A DNA stretch of 26,343 nt from contig CDRNVI010000110.1 of the NCBI GenBank assembly GCA_977017575.1, positions 1 through 26,343 on the forward strand. The letters are read 5' to 3'. The stretch is from Paramoeba atlantica. Taxonomy: Eukaryota; Protista; Discosea. Every line of letters begins with the position of its first letter. Positions within the stretch are counted from its first letter, which is position 1. Under the pieces are notes generated by a model, which was not told where the DNA came from, did no database searches, and saw only the letters and a program-made list of their open reading frames with translations. Below, in pieces: positions 17,897-26,288 of the stretch. Both the position numbers and the translations under genes were made by a program.

Positions 17897-18848
17897 GAAA
17901 TCAACGACGAGAGTCTTCCACATACATTAAAAACAACTTGTAAGAAAACATTGTTGTAAGAGCTAAAGAAATATATCGCTGATATCCTGAATCTCATCCA
18001 CTGCCTATATTTACTAGCTAAAGAATATTCGTATTATTGATGCAACTATCCGGATGTATATAGCGCGCAAACTATTTCAAAAGCATAATATAAAAATATA
18101 ATACGTAGTGAAGGGGCTTTGCCCCCTGGCACGCAGCCACTGGTTGGGGGCTGGTGGGAGGGCATCGCACACTAATAAAAATAACTTGTAAGAGAATGTA
18201 AGCTATAAAACTATACACAATCTACATAAAGTTATAATTTAAATCATATTAAAAGATATAATAGAATTCATAATCAGAGATTATGTGCCTCGTAGGGCCA
18301 TTCGAGAAAAAGGAGTCTTTTCAAATTCGTATTTGTTCTCGTCTAAATTTCCTCTCGTAAACTATCATAAGCTTTTTTTTTTTTTTTATGAGTCGCGGCA
18401 TTGCCTCTATACTTTAACCCAGTAGACGAACCGAGTAGGTCCATTGGGGGATATACGAGTTGAAAACAAGCAATCAAATTAGCAATTTTATATTGTTTTT
18501 ATGCAAATAAAGAAAATTTTTCTCTCTCTTTCTCCTCTTTCTCACCTCTTGACATACTTTTCCCACCTTTCTCCCTACTTTCCTGCTTTCCCCTACCCAA
18601 CTTTTCAACTTTTCAGGGGGGGTAAGGTCTCCCTCAGCTTCGCCTCACCCGGCCTGCAGGCGGCTCCTCAACCATTCGCGCGTTCCGGACCGGGTCTTTC
18701 GACCTCTCCACGGCCTGACTTGTGGACCCTTCCCTTGTTATACGGGAGGGCGCAGGCGCGGGCCTGTGTCGACAGCGACACGGTCGCGAAACAGGATGCT
18801 GGCCGACGGGGAGGAGATTCACTACCCGTGTACTACCTCACTTGGGGT
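17897..18848. repeat. 952-bp repeat, copy 2, directly 3' of YR element V2
   Basis: Matches 1350-2301. Confidence 0.95.
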
Positions 18849-18907
18849 GTGTACCTCACTGTGTACCTGTGTACCTCACTGTGTACCTCACTTGTGTGTG
18901 TGTGTGT
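18849..18907. repeat. Short array (GTGTACCTCACT x3 plus one truncated unit) followed by (TG)7
   Basis: Direct reading. The unit is a 3-nt-deleted version of GTGTACTACCTCACT found immediately to its left. Confidence 0.9.
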
Positions 18908-18914
18908 TTAATCT

Positions 18915-20507
18915 CTAAAAAATTCTGCTTATTGGGTCCGCTGGATTTAGTTTCGTAGAAATATAATGAGCTTGAATACATATTCCTTTATTCTTTAAAC
19001 TCTGTAAAATGCTTTTCAATTCTTTCGCTATGCCATCAGACTTGCATATTTTCCGATTCAACGCTGCTCGACAAGACGTATTATCAATCCAAAGCTGAAC
19101 GCAAGTCCCTTGCTCGAAATATTTTTGGAATTCTTCGAGGGCGAATCGCACCGCCGCCGCTTCTGATTTGTTAACTTCGTAGGTCCATTCTGCTGGCCAA
19201 GGTGCGCCCAAAATCTTAACCTCTCCGCTATCCATGTACAGAATTGCTCCCCATCCTTTTGAGGAGGCGTCTGTAAAGAGTTTATGACGCGGAGGTGCAG
19301 TGGCGGGGTGAGGGGGTGCTCTTATCGGCACGTTTTTAATCAAGTCGTCACGCCATTGAGCTAAGATCACACGAGTTTTCATGGGAAGATCCACGATTTT
19401 GTCCTTTGCAAAAGGATGTCGGTTCAAGTAATTAATACGTCGTTGTACTATTTTTATCGCAAAGTGATATTGCGGGATTACCACACCAAGTATCGAAGAG
19501 CAGTACAGTAGACGCCCCACCGCCGCCTCCAGCTCTAAGAAAGTGAGTCTCGAAAAAGTATCCCGTTTCAATTTGCTCACAACCTTCGGTCCCAAGCAGA
19601 CCCGGCTTGATGCGTGATCAAATTTCACTCCGTTGAACACGTATTGTTTCGTCGGAGGAACGTCCTGATCTTTAAATCGAGCTCCTGCCACTCGCGCACG
19701 CGAGTCAATAAAATAAACATACTCGTCTGCATGTTTTCTAGATCCGGAAAAACGAACTCCATCTATATAGATATCAGTAGAACCGTGTTGATACGAGTGG
19801 GATTTTGAGCAATAATCTTTATTTCCTGCCAACGCTGCTGTCATGCAATGCATAATTTCAGGCGCACATCTGTGGCCCATGGGTAAAACATTCATTTCGT
19901 ATAATTGCCCATCTTCTGCACGAAACCGAAACTTTGCTCGGGATCGTAAGGGTAAGCCAACCTGGTAAAAACCACACATTAGATCACGTTTTACCCCCAC
20001 CTCAGCATTTACTGCGTATAAATAACGAGAAGGGTGTAGGAGAGGAACAGCTGGTTCGTAGTCCTTTAGGCGTAAATTGTCTGATCGTGTCCATGAAATA
20101 AAACGTCTTCTGTCTTTGCCCGCGTCGTCTTTTTCAAGGACAGTGAACGGAACCATATATTGCATGGTCGGGCGTCGTTTGGCTTCTTCGGTAGATACCT
20201 TCGATATGACTTTAGACCGAATCAATGCTGGAATGTCTCCTGGAGCCAATGCCGGTTTAATGCAAGGAGCGGACTCAGCTTTCTCGGGCAACTTGGTGAG
20301 TTCATCAAGAACGTACGTTAGCCTATCATTCTGTTGTTCCGTTAGCCACTTCCGTAATTTTTGAACATTCAACGTCGGAATATTATCCTTTGCATGCAAG
20401 GGGATATGGTAGTCGTCGGTTTTAGCTAATTTGGAACTGCGCCTTGGACATAAAATTGAATACGATTTAAGGAAAGGAACCTGTTCGTAAAACTCCTGAA
20501 CCATCAC
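18915..20507 (-). CDS. V2 reverse transcriptase-RNase H (ATG 20504; frame open upstream to 21779 except one TGA at 20910-20912)
   Basis: RT: PFTVLEK..RRRFISW, KRDLMCGFYQV, LPMGHRCAP, YIDG. RNase H: FTDASSKGWG, KSEA, IDN, NPADPISR. Confidence 0.92.
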   Translation of the reverse strand: MMVQEFYEQVPFLKSYSILCPRRSSKLAKTDDYHIPLHAKDNIPTLNVQKLRKWLTEQQNDRLTYVLDELTKLPEKAESAPCIKPALAPGDIPALIRSKVISKVSTEEAKRRPTMQYMVPFTVLEKDDAGKDRRRFISWTRSDNLRLKDYEPAVPLLHPSRYLYAVNAEVGVKRDLMCGFYQVGLPLRSRAKFRFRAEDGQLYEMNVLPMGHRCAPEIMHCMTAALAGNKDYCSKSHSYQHGSTDIYIDGVRFSGSRKHADEYVYFIDSRARVAGARFKDQDVPPTKQYVFNGVKFDHASSRVCLGPKVVSKLKRDTFSRLTFLELEAAVGRLLYCSSILGVVIPQYHFAIKIVQRRINYLNRHPFAKDKIVDLPMKTRVILAQWRDDLIKNVPIRAPPHPATAPPRHKLFTDASSKGWGAILYMDSGEVKILGAPWPAEWTYEVNKSEAAAVRFALEEFQKYFEQGTCVQLWIDNTSCRAALNRKICKSDGIAKELKSILQSLKNKGICIQAHYISTKLNPADPISRIF

Positions 20508-21682
20508 ATTATCGATGCACCGGGGAGAAGTACTGACACCTTCTGAGTCCCTAACGCTCTTGCCGTAGTTATTTGGTTGGCGTTGTACCGCAGTAGACTT
20601 TCTACGTTCAAGTGCTTTGAGAGATTCATTACTTCCGATAAGTTGAGGTGGCCTTCTACTATTTCCTGAAATAGAAAGGTGATGGCTCCTCTCTTGATTG
20701 AGTGCGTGCCATATCCGTCGCCTAGGACGTCTCGAATATGGAGATCCATCTCCTGAACTGTCGCGGTGCTCATTCGTTGCCCTGGTCGCAGGCTGCTTAC
20801 ATACTGAGCTATTTGGTTTGTGCCCGGACCCGTGATGATCGCGTACATGTACGGTCGGTACGGATTTAGACGAGTGGTCTTCGTGAAACGTCCCCAGTAG
20901 ATTATTATTTCATTCGAATTTACACTCAGAAATTGCTCCCTTCTTAGCTCGGCCGTTTCGGTCCAGCGTGACGCGGCTTTCCAGCATAGCAGGACCGTCA
21001 TTGCTTGTGTTATCGACAGGCGTGTGCACAATTTTTGCAACATGGGAGGTGTTATCGGTTGCATTTGACGTTGTGGTTCCGTGCCCCCCTGGGCCTGAAT
21101 CGCTTTTGTGAACAACTTCAACGGATTGCATTCCATCCCCATCAACGTGAAAACCGTGTGAAGAGCGCGAGCATAATTGAGGCGAGTTGACGGCGCGACG
21201 CGTAGAGTCTGGAGATACAAAATGGCGGTTGCTGAATTCATCTCTCGGTGCTTCACGCGACAAAATTCGTTTACGTTTTTCCATAGGCGTGTTCTGTTGT
21301 TCCAAGTCGACTTTGCCCACATCGGCTGAATCGCTTCGGTCAGCTGGACGGAGTCCGGATCGTCCGGATTTATCCTCAGAATTGCCTGAGTAATGTTTTG
21401 AACTTGGTCGTGGGATACATCGCGACTGTGTTCTCGTTTTAGTCCTCTGACTGTTTGCGAATCTGTGCGGTGCGCGACACGTGTTTGAGGTAAGACCCTT
21501 AGTGGAATCAGTCGTGTGCAAGGATGCATTTTGGTCTGTATTGGGATACGAGTAGTTTTGGGCACACTCCGGGCACTGATTTTGGGAAATTTGGGAGAGC
21601 ACCTCACGAACGAGTTTTGCAAACTTTTCCACGATCTCTTCAATCCAATGACACGAGTAGTTTTTGGGGTGGGGAACAATCC
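20504..21682 (-). CDS. V2 tyrosine recombinase
   Basis: R (KAASRW), K (FTKTT), H-x-x-R (THSIKRG), H (SKHL) and Y (LLRYN). In frame with gag across one TAG; first ATG 21529. Confidence 0.92.
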   Translation of the reverse strand, partial: GLFPTPKTTRVIGLKRSWKSLQNSFVRCSPKFPKISARSVPKTTRIPIQTKMHPCTRLIPLRVLPQTRVAHRTDSQTVRGLKREHSRDVSHDQVQNITQAILRINPDDPDSVQLTEAIQPMWAKSTWNNRTRLWKNVNEFCRVKHREMNSATAILYLQTLRVAPSTRLNYARALHTVFTLMGMECNPLKLFTKAIQAQGGTEPQRQMQPITPPMLQKLCTRLSITQAMTVLLCWKAASRWTETAELRREQFLSVNSNEIIIYWGRFTKTTRLNPYRPYMYAIITGPGTNQIAQYVSSLRPGQRMSTATVQEMDLHIRDVLGDGYGTHSIKRGAITFLFQEIVEGHLNLSEVMNLSKHLNVESLLRYNANQITTARALGTQKVSVLLPGASIM

Positions 21683-22645
21683 CTAGTGGATTGTCCGTCT
21701 TTCGCTGCGCACCATTTGGTGGGAACGCGCAGCGCCACTCGCCACCCCCCTCTGAAAAATCTGAGTCAAAAGAGGACAGTTAGCACGTATATGACCTGGT
21801 TTACGACAATTATAGCAAACAGGGTTGGCACGGCGAGAAATACGAGTTTGCTTGAGCTGTTCCTCAAGCATCATTTTCCCAAATACGTCATTGGGGTCTT
21901 CCACTTGATGGAGGCGTTGTTGAACACGATCGACTGGCGCTCCAGCAGCTGCCCAATAGTGCGTGCGTAACTCCTCGATCAGCATGGTAGCGATAGCAAC
22001 GAAATCTTCTGTCCAGGTGCCTAGCTCGCGCGCCGCATAAATCCATTTGGTGAGGATAGTAAACAAGCGCTCTCGGATTGGGGGAGGGTTGAAGCGAACA
22101 CCTAATTGAGGAGCATCGCGCAATTCTCTGATCAATTCACGGGGCTTGAAGTCATCTTCAGAGTATATATACGATTTCCATGTCAAGGGGAAGATTACTG
22201 AAAATGCCTTGGGGTTTTCTACGCCCACTTCAGATTGGATAGGATCACTCACCCGTTGTCCACCCGGCATACGTGCTTGAACCTTGACGAAACTGAGATC
22301 GTAATAGCTTATATCCGGGAAAGGAAACGAATATTCAATGTCAGGGTCATCGTCCCATCGCGCTTTAATCTCACTGTTCGGATCTTTTGGATTCTTAAAG
22401 TAGACACGACCTGTAACCGTGTATCGATCCTGGTCCCCTCGCTCCGACCACACTGCTTGAACGAAGACGCGATAACCTCGTGAGAGTAGTAAATTGGTTT
22501 TATCTGCAAATTCTCGCAAAGCTTCTTCGGACAACGGAACGGCATGGCCACCGCCTTGCAGAATCGCCTCAACCTGGCCAGGGTTGAGTGTCTGCTGGTG
22601 ATCACTCGGCGCGGCCGGATCAGGACTGATCGCTCTGGCCGTCAT
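21683..22645 (-). CDS. V2 Gag-like ORF1 (320 aa) with CCHC zinc knuckle
   Basis: CYNCRKPGHIRANC fits C-x2-C-x4-H-x4-C. Confidence 0.88.
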   Translation of the reverse strand: MTARAISPDPAAPSDHQQTLNPGQVEAILQGGGHAVPLSEEALREFADKTNLLLSRGYRVFVQAVWSERGDQDRYTVTGRVYFKNPKDPNSEIKARWDDDPDIEYSFPFPDISYYDLSFVKVQARMPGGQRVSDPIQSEVGVENPKAFSVIFPLTWKSYIYSEDDFKPRELIRELRDAPQLGVRFNPPPIRERLFTILTKWIYAARELGTWTEDFVAIATMLIEELRTHYWAAAGAPVDRVQQRLHQVEDPNDVFGKMMLEEQLKQTRISRRANPVCYNCRKPGHIRANCPLLTQIFQRGVASGAARSHQMVRSERRTIH

Positions 22646-22847
22646 CGCACACTAATAAAAATAACTTGTAAGAGAATGTAAGCTATAAAACTATACACAA
22701 TCTACATAAAGTTATAATTTAAATCATATTAAAAGATATAATAGAATTCATAATCAGAGATTATGTGCCTCGTAGGGCCATTCGAGAAAAATGAGTCTTT
22801 TCAAATTCGTATTTGTTCTCGTCTAAATTTCCTCTCGTAAACTATCA
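22643..22847. repeat. Module A, 205 bp (other copies 1616-1820 and 18163-18367; partial diverged copy 24562-24679)
   Basis: Near-identical by direct comparison. Its left end coincides with the gag ATG. Confidence 0.95.
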
Positions 22848-23419
22848 GCATCATCCCAGCGAAAACTCGCTATCCGAAATAAAAGCGTTCGATTTTTTAC
22901 ACTGACTCGCGTAGCGCAAATATGGCGAATGAAATCCTCAGGACTGGACCGAGCAGAAGAGGGTTTTACAGGCTCAAGGTCAGGCGAAAAAGAGGTTATA
23001 CACTTTGTTTTCATGAATGCTAAATGCAAATGGAGGTAGTCTTGCACTAATACAGTCGGCAAAGGTCTGATCCTGTGTATCTGACTCCTTCGTCTCTCCT
23101 CTCATGCTCGGCGCTGGAGTCTCAATGCTTTTGACAACGGAGGATGTAGCCAAGTCCGACGAAGTGGGCGATGGGGCGCTGAATTGCTTTTCTTGAGCTT
23201 CGATCTCCGAGAGCCTTCGTTCGCGCTCCAATCTTTCTTCCGCAGTTGGGAAACCGTGCAGTGTCAGAAGACCTTTCCACACGGTTTTTCCGACGACGCC
23301 AGCAACTTTCCCGAGTGTTTCCAGACGAGAGGGTTCCAGAGTTGTTTGTTCTTTAGCAAAGGAAACCTTTACTCATCTCTACCTCACATTGGGGAACCTT
23401 GCTTCCGAAAAAACAAGTA

Positions 23420-24210
23420 TTCTTTTTTTTGCAGTTAATAAGGGGGGAGAAGTATGAATCGCGGCATTGCCTCTATATTTTGACCCAGTAGACGAACCAA
23501 GTAGGTCCATTGGGGGGGAATACGAGTTGAAAACAAGTAAATTTTTTTTTTTTTTATATGATTTTAAAACAAGCAATCAAATTAGCAATTTCATATTTTG
23601 GAGCCCAAAACTAGCAATTCGATCTCCCGTAAGTATAAGAACATTAAAAACAATAACAATAAAAACACTCTTTTTTTAAATACTCTTTACAATAAAAACA
23701 TTCTTTTTTTTTTTTTTTTTTTTTGCAATTAATAAGGGGGGAGAAGTATGAATCGCGGCATTGCCTCTATATTTTGACCCAGTAGACGAACCAAGTAGGT
23801 CCATTGGGGGGGGTATACGAGTTAAAAACAAGCAATCAAATTAGCAATTCTTTTTGTTTCCACAGATGTACCTTTTGTTTTTTCTCAGCCCAAAACTAGC
23901 AATTTAATCTCCCCTAAGTATATACTACAAACAAGAAACAGTAAAAACTAAAACAAGCAATACAGACCCAATCCATTCGCGCGTTCCGGACCGGGTCTTT
24001 CGACCACTCCACGGCCTGACTTGTGAACCCTTCCCTTGCTATATGGGAGGGCGCAGGCGCGGGCCTGTGTCGACAGCGACACGGTCGCGAAACAGGATGC
24101 TGGCCGACGGGGAGGAGATTCACTACCCGTGTACTACCTCACTTGGGGTACCTAGCCCTCGCGGGCTAGGCGTGAGCATAGACTCTGTCGACGCGACCAG
24201 CACCCGTGGC
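23420..24210 (-). repeat. Two diverged relatives of module B: a short copy at about 23420-23635 and a longer one at about 23705-24210 carrying the structured core
   Basis: Both share ATGAATCGCGGCATTGCCTCTATA...GTAGGTCCATTGGGG...CAATCAAATTAGCAATT. 23973-24208 is about 95% identical to 2125-2360. Each begins (plus strand) at a T-run. Confidence 0.88.
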
Positions 24211-24271
24211 CTATGTCACCACCATAGGATCCGTTGGGTCCTACGTCCTCGGACCCAGGACTGTACAGTAC

Positions 24272-24348
24272 AACGCACATAAAGTTCAGCCATCACTTAT
24301 GATTAAGAAAAACTTCTAGAAAAACGTTTAGCAGAAGATAAACTCTAT
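24272..24348. repeat. 77-bp direct repeat (second copy 26267-26343, cut by the window end) containing the start of the Cys-rich ORF
   Basis: Exact match by reading, at offset 1995. Confidence 0.92.
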
Positions 24349-24360
24349 TCCTATATTAAA

Positions 24361-24561
24361 CCCAGATTGAAAGGGGCGAGGGAGATACGAAGCAACAGGC
24401 GTGGCAGATTCCCACTGAAAAGAAATGTTATCTCCCGCACGAAGTTTGTCTCCGAGCTAGAAAGCGCAAAGGCTTTTCTCGTGCGGGGAGATACCATTTC
24501 TTTTCAGTGGGAATCTGCCACGCCTGTTGCTTCGTATCTCCCTCGCCCCTTTCAATCTGGG
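24361..24561. mobile_element. 201-bp MITE: about 83-bp terminal inverted repeats, CCC...GGG ends, flanked by TTAAA/TTAAA
   Basis: 24361-24442 versus 24479-24561 differ by one mismatch and one indel. Other module-A copies show the uninterrupted ATATTAAAAGAT. Confidence 0.9.
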
Positions 24562-24704
24562 TTAAAAGATATAATAGAATTCATAATCAGAGATTATGTG
24601 CCTCGAGGGCCATTAGAGAAAAAGAAGTCTTTTCAAATTCGTATTTGTTCTCGTCTAAATTTCCTCTCGTAAACTATCATGGTTAAAAAATTCTCGATTC
24701 TGAT

Positions 24705-24884
24705 ATGGACGAGCATAAAAACTCGCTTTGTCCAACGAATCGTGCAGATTTGAGACGAGAGATCGCTTCTGGGGTCGAAAAATTAGAAGAGGCGCAATAC
24801 GATGTATTTTTGAGGACTTTAAAGAGTGTTTCAACCCGTGTGAAAATTGTGCTGGAGAAAAAAGGTGGAAATTGTGGATACTAA
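24705..24884 (+). pseudogene. C-terminal fragment of an IS630/Tc1/mariner-type transposase
   Basis: My translation is MDEHKNSLCPTNRADLRREIASGVEKLEEAQYDVFLRTLKSVSTRVKIVLEKKGGNCGY*. It fits the typical Tc1 tail (P..xxEL...I ... SMxxR..xV...KGG..xY*). Confidence 0.7.
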
Positions 24885-24955
24885 CTTTTTTCTTACCAGA
24901 AAAAAAACTTGCAGTTGCCCTTTTTACGGTATTCAGGAGAATGCCAAAAATCCAA

Positions 24956-25471
24956 AAAATCCAAATCATTCCGGATTGATCCGGATGGTCACTGGCAAGC
25001 CAGACCCTTCACAGACAGATTTGGAAGTTCCGAGGCCGACGTCCTCTACCAGTTTCAGCTTTTCCAAGGCGGCACCAACGTGCTGTTGCCAACACGCTGC
25101 GTCGACGAACTGTGCGTCAACACGGCTTAACCAAGAGGTGTAAGCCTGGTAAGGGAGCTGGTTCCCTGTGGGGAGGGTCCGGGACGGTCCTCCGAGTACT
25201 GGGCCTAGTCCAATCCAAAATCCAAATCATTCCGGATTGCTCCGGATGGTCACTGGCAAGCCAGACCCTTCACAGACAGATTTGGAAGTTCCGAGGCCGA
25301 CGTCCTCTACCAGTTTCAGCTTTTCCAAGGCGGCACCAACGTGCTGTTACCAACACGCTGCGTCGACGAACTGTGCGTCAACATGGCTCACCCAAGAGGT
25401 GTGAGCCGGGTAAGGGAGCTGGTTCCCTGAGGGGAGGGTCCGGGACGGTCCTCCGAGTACTGGGCCTAGTC
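24956..25471 (-). repeat. Tandem duplication of a 255-bp unit (period 261) with conserved hairpins; candidate structured RNA
   Basis: 24956-25210 versus 25217-25471 differ by 8 substitutions, none of which breaks the hairpins I can see. Confidence 0.93.
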
Positions 25472-25576
25472 GGTTATCAGCCCAGCCTCTTAGAGTGAGG
25501 CCTCCGGGAATACTGCGATGAACGGGTTTGAACTCGCCGTCTGAGCACCATGTGCTTCAAACTTTGAGTTCTTGCC

Positions 25577-25626
25577 ACTCCGCCACCTCCCCCTACTCCG
25601 CCACCTCCCCCTACTCCGCCACCTCC
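25577..25626. repeat. 18-bp tandem repeat ACTCCGCCACCTCCCCCT x2.8
   Basis: Direct reading. Confidence 0.9.
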
Positions 25627-25697
25627 ACCTTTTTAGCCAAATACAAACGATCACGACGGATTGTATATCCTTCAAGCAGGTCTCTTCTTCCTTCGTC

Positions 25698-26288
25698 TTA
25701 CTTCCTTCCTTCAAGCAGGTCTCCAATCTGATCATGGATCATAGCAATTCGCTCTTCCCTTTGCTCCTTAACACTCTTGGCAGCAGTTCCCTTGTAGGTT
25801 GTCCAAATGCGGCGCATCGTCTTTGATAGAACGGGGGCGTCTGCAGAGGGAAGCTCACGACGGAAATATTCGGCTACGGAAGTTGCCGCACGGCTATACA
25901 CTTTCGACTTTCCTACAGTAAAGCTTCGCTGTATAATGCAAAGTACTTGGGACACAAGTGCGAATGTCAACTTCCGTTGGCATACTGTCCACCCTTCGTA
26001 GACACAGCATGCTTCCTGGACTCTCTTTTGGTCCAACCCACGCTTGGCACACTTTGCCACAACTTCAGGACCCAAGGTTTGATGATCTTGCGGCTTATTG
26101 CAAGAGTGGCAAATGTTGCAGCCAACAGGCACGCAAAACTCGGAGCAGTGGCCGCACATTTCAAGTGAGGTGCATTCCTCATTAGTGTGCTCGTTGCCGC
26201 AATCAAGGCAAGAGGAAGGAGTCCGAGCACGGAACTGAGTAACCTTATCGCAGTTAAAACAGTGCAAACGCACATAAAGTTCAGCCAT
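25698..26288 (-). CDS. Cys-rich hypothetical protein (196 aa), putative zinc-binding
   Basis: CFNC, CLDC, CGHC, CNIC and CHSC in the first 65 aa, followed by a helical-looking region. I recognise no family. Confidence 0.6.
   Translation of the reverse strand: MAELYVRLHCFNCDKVTQFRARTPSSCLDCGNEHTNEECTSLEMCGHCSEFCVPVGCNICHSCNKPQDHQTLGPEVVAKCAKRGLDQKRVQEACCVYEGWTVCQRKLTFALVSQVLCIIQRSFTVGKSKVYSRAATSVAEYFRRELPSADAPVLSKTMRRIWTTYKGTAAKSVKEQREERIAMIHDQIGDLLEGRK

Larger units (their letters stand above)
18849..22847 (-). mobile_element. V2: second, divergent VIPER-like YR retrotransposon; 3' boundary uncertain (may extend to 17897)
   Basis: Gene order gag(CCHC)-YR-RT/RH. The 205-bp module A occurs both at its 5' end (22643-22847) and downstream (18163-18367). 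Confidence 0.85.

Noticed and set aside
25155-25185. HDV-like P3/L3 (CCC-UCCCCACA-GGG on the minus strand)
   Set aside because: There is no matching P1 strand, and no GG for P1.1 follows.
25190-25210. 7SL/SRP or 5S identity for the 255-bp unit (minus strand TAGGCCCAGTACTCGGAGG resembles 7SL TAGTCCCAGCTACTCGGGAGG)
   Set aside because: I found no recognisable SRP helix-8 motif or 5S fold. It is left unclassified pending a covariance-model search.
24956-25471. DGR template/variable repeat pair
   Set aside because: The differences are not adenine-specific, and the nearby RTs are retrotransposon-type.
245-26275. The remaining short ORFs in the track
   Set aside because: Most are antisense or alternate-frame shadows of the element ORFs, with no recognisable motifs.
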